Of a stretch of 12,027 bases of DNA, positions 9,230 through 12,027 are shown piece after piece. This stretch comes from a bacterium (GTDB taxonomy: Bacteria > DUMJ01). The translations under genes were made by a program, and so were the position numbers. The stretch lies in contig JBMFMV010000057.1 of NCBI GenBank assembly GCA_049970495.1, positions 1 to 12,027 of the forward strand, in the 5' to 3' direction. The first letter of the stretch is position 1, and every line of letters begins with the position of its first letter. The notes under the pieces were generated by a model. It was not told the origin of the DNA. It made no database searches and saw nothing but the letters and a program-made list of their open reading frames with translations.

Positions 9230-10053
9230 TACTTCCTCCTCCTAACTATGAACTTATCAGAAACCTTATTCTTTCTAGTTTTATAACCAAGCGTAGGCTT
9301 GCCCCAGGGGGTAACTGGTCCAGGTAAGCCTATAGGAGCCTTACCTTCACCACCACCATGAGGATGATCTACCGGATTCATAGCGGAACCTCTAACGGTA
9401 GGTCTCCAACCAAGCCAACGAGACCTCCCTGCCTTACCTAAATCAACATTCTCATGATCTAGATTTCCTACCTGTCCTATTGTAGCTCTACATCTAATAT
9501 GTATTTTTCGCAACTCACCTGAAGGAAGTCTAAGAAGAGCATATTCACCTTCTTTTGCCATTATCTGTGCTCCTGTTCCAGCAGCTCTAGCTATCTGGCC
9601 ACCCTTTCCAGGAACAAGCTCAATATTATGAACAATTGTTCCTATGGGGATATTGGCAAGAGGCATACAATTTCCAGGAGCAACATCAACCTGTTCTCCA
9701 GAGATTACTGTATCTCCAACTGAAAGCCCTAATGGGGCAATAATATATCTCTTCTCTCCATCAGCATAGGATAATAGGGCTATCCTTGCAGACCTATTAG
9801 GATCATACTCAATAGCTACAACCTTAGCAGGAATATTATCCTTATCTCTTTTAAAGTCTATTATCCTATACTTCCTCTTGTTACCCCCTCCTCTGTGTCT
9901 AGTAGTGATATGACCATGAATGTTACGTCCTGCATTTTTCTTTAATGGAACAACTAAACTAGGTTCCGGTTCTTCCTTTGTAATCTCACTAAAATCAAGT
10001 ACAGTGTAGAACCTTCGACCTGGAGATGTAGGTTTAAATGTTTTTATCCCCAT
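9229..10053 (-). CDS. rplB: 50S ribosomal protein L2
   Basis: [40 protein letters not shown]. Confidence 0.99.
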   Translation of the reverse strand: MGIKTFKPTSPGRRFYTVLDFSEITKEEPEPSLVVPLKKNAGRNIHGHITTRHRGGGNKRKYRIIDFKRDKDNIPAKVVAIEYDPNRSARIALLSYADGEKRYIIAPLGLSVGDTVISGEQVDVAPGNCMPLANIPIGTIVHNIELVPGKGGQIARAAGTGAQIMAKEGEYALLRLPSGELRKIHIRCRATIGQVGNLDHENVDLGKAGRSRWLGWRPTVRGSAMNPVDHPHGGGEGKAPIGLPGPVTPWGKPTLGYKTRKNKVSDKFIVRRRK

Positions 10054-10064
10054 AATTTCACTCC

Positions 10065-10352
10065 TTATAATCCCTCAAAGAAGGTTATTGAGTGACCCTC
10101 TTCTAGAGTAACGACTGCCTTTTTATATCCAGAGGTCTTTCCCTCAAAAATTCCCATTCTTTTTTTCTTCCCCTTTTGCTTAATAATATTTACTTTTTTG
10201 ACTTTTACACCAAATATATCTTCTATAGCCTTCTTTACCTCAATCTTATTAGCAAAAGGTGAAACAACAAACTCATACTTTCCTAGCTCTTTTAAAATTG
10301 ACGATTTCTCAGTTATAATTGGTCTTATAATAACATCTCTAGCATCAGCCAA
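10065..10352 (-). CDS. rplW: 50S ribosomal protein L23
   Basis: [37 protein letters not shown] start with AGGGTGAT RBS. Confidence 0.97.
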   Translation of the reverse strand: MADARDVIIRPIITEKSSILKELGKYEFVVSPFANKIEVKKAIEDIFGVKVKKVNIIKQKGKKKRMGIFEGKTSGYKKAVVTLEEGHSITFFEGL

Positions 10353-10968
10353 TTGAAATCACCCTTTCTTTGAGCCTCTCAAGAACAGTTGTGGTAGTTA
10401 ACAGATAGTCATGTCTTAATATTTCGTAAGGAGAGATTTCATCAATAGACCTTACTTCAACATAAGGTATATTCCTGGCTGCCAATACAAAATTTGTATT
10501 CAAATCATCTAAGACAACTAGACAGGAAGAGATTATACCCAAGTTATTTAATACCTCCACAGCCTTCTTAGTCTTAGGCTCATCAATATTTAGGTCTTCT
10601 ACTAAGACCAACTGGTTATTATCTATCTTGTCTATTAAAGCAGATACTAGTGCGATTCTTTTAATCTTTTTAGGTAGAGTTAATCTTACATCTCTAGGGT
10701 GAGGACCAAAAACTACTCCACCGCCTCTCCATATTGGAGACCTTATACTGCCATGTCTAGCTCTACCTGTACCCTTCTGCCTCCAAGGCTTCCTTCCCCC
10801 TCCCCTTACCATACCTCTAGTTTTAGTAGAAGCAGTTTTAGGATGCATATTGTATAGATGGACTCTTACTGCAAAATAAAGAGCATCTTTATTTACCTCT
10901 GAATCCACAAAAGAAAATGTCCCAACCTCTTCTCCTAGTAGATTGTATACCTTAACTTCTCTACTCAT
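10345..10968 (-). CDS. rplD: 50S ribosomal protein L4
   Basis: TKTRG.VRGGGRKPWRQKGTGRARHGSIRSPIWRGGG..FGP.PR, ARNIP. Confidence 0.98.
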   Translation of the reverse strand: MSREVKVYNLLGEEVGTFSFVDSEVNKDALYFAVRVHLYNMHPKTASTKTRGMVRGGGRKPWRQKGTGRARHGSIRSPIWRGGGVVFGPHPRDVRLTLPKKIKRIALVSALIDKIDNNQLVLVEDLNIDEPKTKKAVEVLNNLGIISSCLVVLDDLNTNFVLAARNIPYVEVRSIDEISPYEILRHDYLLTTTTVLERLKERVISIG

Positions 10969-10972
10969 TTAC

Positions 10973-11620
10973 CTAGGCTCCTTTTTTAGTCTTTTTAGAG
11001 TCCTTTATTATTAAGAGACTATTCCTAGCACCAGGAACAGCTCCTTTTATAAGCATTAGTCCCTCCTCTTCAATGACCTTTACAACTTCTAGTGCTTTAA
11101 TAGTTACCGTTTCTCCGCCCATACGACCAGGGAAATGATGACCTTTAAAAACTCTAGAAGGGAAAGAGCTAGCTCCTATAGAGCCAGGAGCTCTATGGAA
11201 CATAGAACCATGGCTGGCTCCTCCTCCACCATAATGCCATCTTTTTACTCCACCAGCAAATCCTTTCCCTTTAGAGATACCTGTAACATCAACTATATCT
11301 CCCGGTTTAAAGGCACTTACTGTAATGTTATCCCCTACATTAAAGTCATCAGTTAATTTATCTACTCTTATCTCCTTAAGAATCCTATAGAAGGGCATCC
11401 CTAACTTCTTAAAGAAACCTTGCAATGGCTTATTAAGCTTAGACTCTTTTGTTTCTTCAAAACCTAAAAGCAAAGCATTATACCCATCTTTTTCTAATGT
11501 CTTCTTCTGGAGGACCTTACAACCGCTAGTCTTCACAACAGTAACAGGAACTCTATTTCCTTGCTCATCAAACACTTGTGTCATTCCAATCTTTCTGGCT
11601 AGAATACCTTTTATAACCAT
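10973..11620 (-). CDS. rplC: 50S ribosomal protein L3
   Basis: KIGMTQVF, DGYNA, VDVTGISKGKGF.G, SHGS, PGSIG, IKGAVPG. ATG 11620 preferred over GTG 11629, which lies inside the AGGATGTGA RBS-like sequence. Confidence 0.97.
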   Translation of the reverse strand: MVIKGILARKIGMTQVFDEQGNRVPVTVVKTSGCKVLQKKTLEKDGYNALLLGFEETKESKLNKPLQGFFKKLGMPFYRILKEIRVDKLTDDFNVGDNITVSAFKPGDIVDVTGISKGKGFAGGVKRWHYGGGGASHGSMFHRAPGSIGASSFPSRVFKGHHFPGRMGGETVTIKALEVVKVIEEEGLMLIKGAVPGARNSLLIIKDSKKTKKGA

Positions 11621-11632
11621 AGCCCTCACATC

Positions 11633-11938
11633 CTATAGTTTAATCTCTATATCTACACCGGAAGGTAGATTCAATTTCATAAGTGCATTTATAGTCCTAG
11701 GAGTAGGATCTAATATATCTATCAACCTCTTATGAATCTTTAGGAAAAACTGCTCTCGAGAATCCTTATCTATATTTGTAGAACGTAGAACACAGTAGAG
11801 TCTTTTCTCTACCGGTAGAGGAACAGGACCAGATACCTCTGCACCAGTCCTCTTTGCTGTAGCTATAATCTTCTTAGCGGATTGGTCTATTAAATCTACA
11901 TCGTAAGCCTTTAATTTTATTCTCATTCGCTGTCTCAT
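11633..11938 (-). CDS. rpsJ: 30S ribosomal protein S10 (NusE)
   Basis: [38 protein letters not shown]. Confidence 0.98.
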   Translation of the reverse strand: MRQRMRIKLKAYDVDLIDQSAKKIIATAKRTGAEVSGPVPLPVEKRLYCVLRSTNIDKDSREQFFLKIHKRLIDILDPTPRTINALMKLNLPSGVDIEIKL

Positions 11939-11940
11939 CT

Positions 11941-12027
11941 TTATCCTAAAAGCTGGGTTATTACACCAGCCCCTACTGTCCTACCTCCTTCCCTAATTGC
12001 AAATCTTAAACCTTCTTCAAGTGCTAC
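11941..12027 (-). CDS. tuf: Elongation factor Tu, C-terminal 28 aa (gene begins beyond the window)
   Basis: Not in the ORF track. Hand translation [31 protein letters not shown] is the hallmark EF-Tu C-terminus. Confidence 0.97.
   Translation of the reverse strand, partial: VALEEGLRFAIREGGRTVGAGVITQLLG
11947..11975 (-). other. Predicted mRNA hairpin at the tuf 3' end, abutting the rpsJ RBS
   Basis: mRNA UAGGGGCUGG-(UGUAAUAAC)-CCAGCUUUUA gives a 10-bp stem including three G-U pairs; its last base is the first A of the AGGA RBS of rpsJ. Confidence 0.4.

Noticed and set aside
11150..11200. L3 lacks the PrmB-methylated Gln (PGSIGASS instead of PGSIGQ)
   Set aside because: This is a common state in Gram-positive-type L3 proteins.
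581..11356. All plus-strand ORFs in the track (e.g. 2822-3136, 3151-3558, 4845-5195, 8189-8497)
   Set aside because: Each lies antisense to conserved housekeeping genes and has no recognisable motif; they are best explained as shadow ORFs.
11983..11990. Strong Shine-Dalgarno-like AAGGAGGT inside tuf
   Set aside because: It follows from the conserved EGG codons, and no start codon lies at usable spacing.
1..12027. A novel accessory system, mobile element, intron, intein, CRISPR or RNA gene
   Set aside because: Nearly every base belongs to a normal-length conserved gene in canonical order, no intergenic gap exceeds 34 nt, and no protein shows a large insertion.

Overview
Housekeeping window: the complete S10-spc ribosomal superoperon plus the start of the alpha cluster, all on the minus strand. 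Reading direction: tuf(3' end)-rpsJ-rplC-rplD-rplW-rplB-rpsS-rplV-rpsC-rplP-rpmC-rpsQ-rplN-rplX-rplE-rpsN-rpsH-rplF-rplR-rpsE-rpmD-rplO-secY-adk-map-infA-rpmJ-rpsM(5' end). Three genes missing from the ORF track were read by hand (tuf C-terminus, rpmJ, rpsM N-terminus), and four start sites were revised using RBS spacing and homology (rplC, rplP, rplN, rplE), plus rplO tentatively. The DNA is AT-rich, uses many AGA/AGG Arg and ATA Ile codons, and encodes Cys-rich zinc-binding forms of L36, S14, L24 and Adk. This suggests a thermophilic Gram-positive-type or deep-branching bacterium (inference). I found no mobile element, CRISPR, RNA gene or accessory gene, and no evidence of a new biological system. 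Smaller points of interest: a likely internal sigma-A promoter for infA-rpmJ-rpsM; tuf joined to rpsJ with a 2-nt gap and a hairpin at the rpsJ RBS; divergent functional loops in S10 and L22; TAG as the commonest stop codon; CTAG enrichment; and long gene overlaps.
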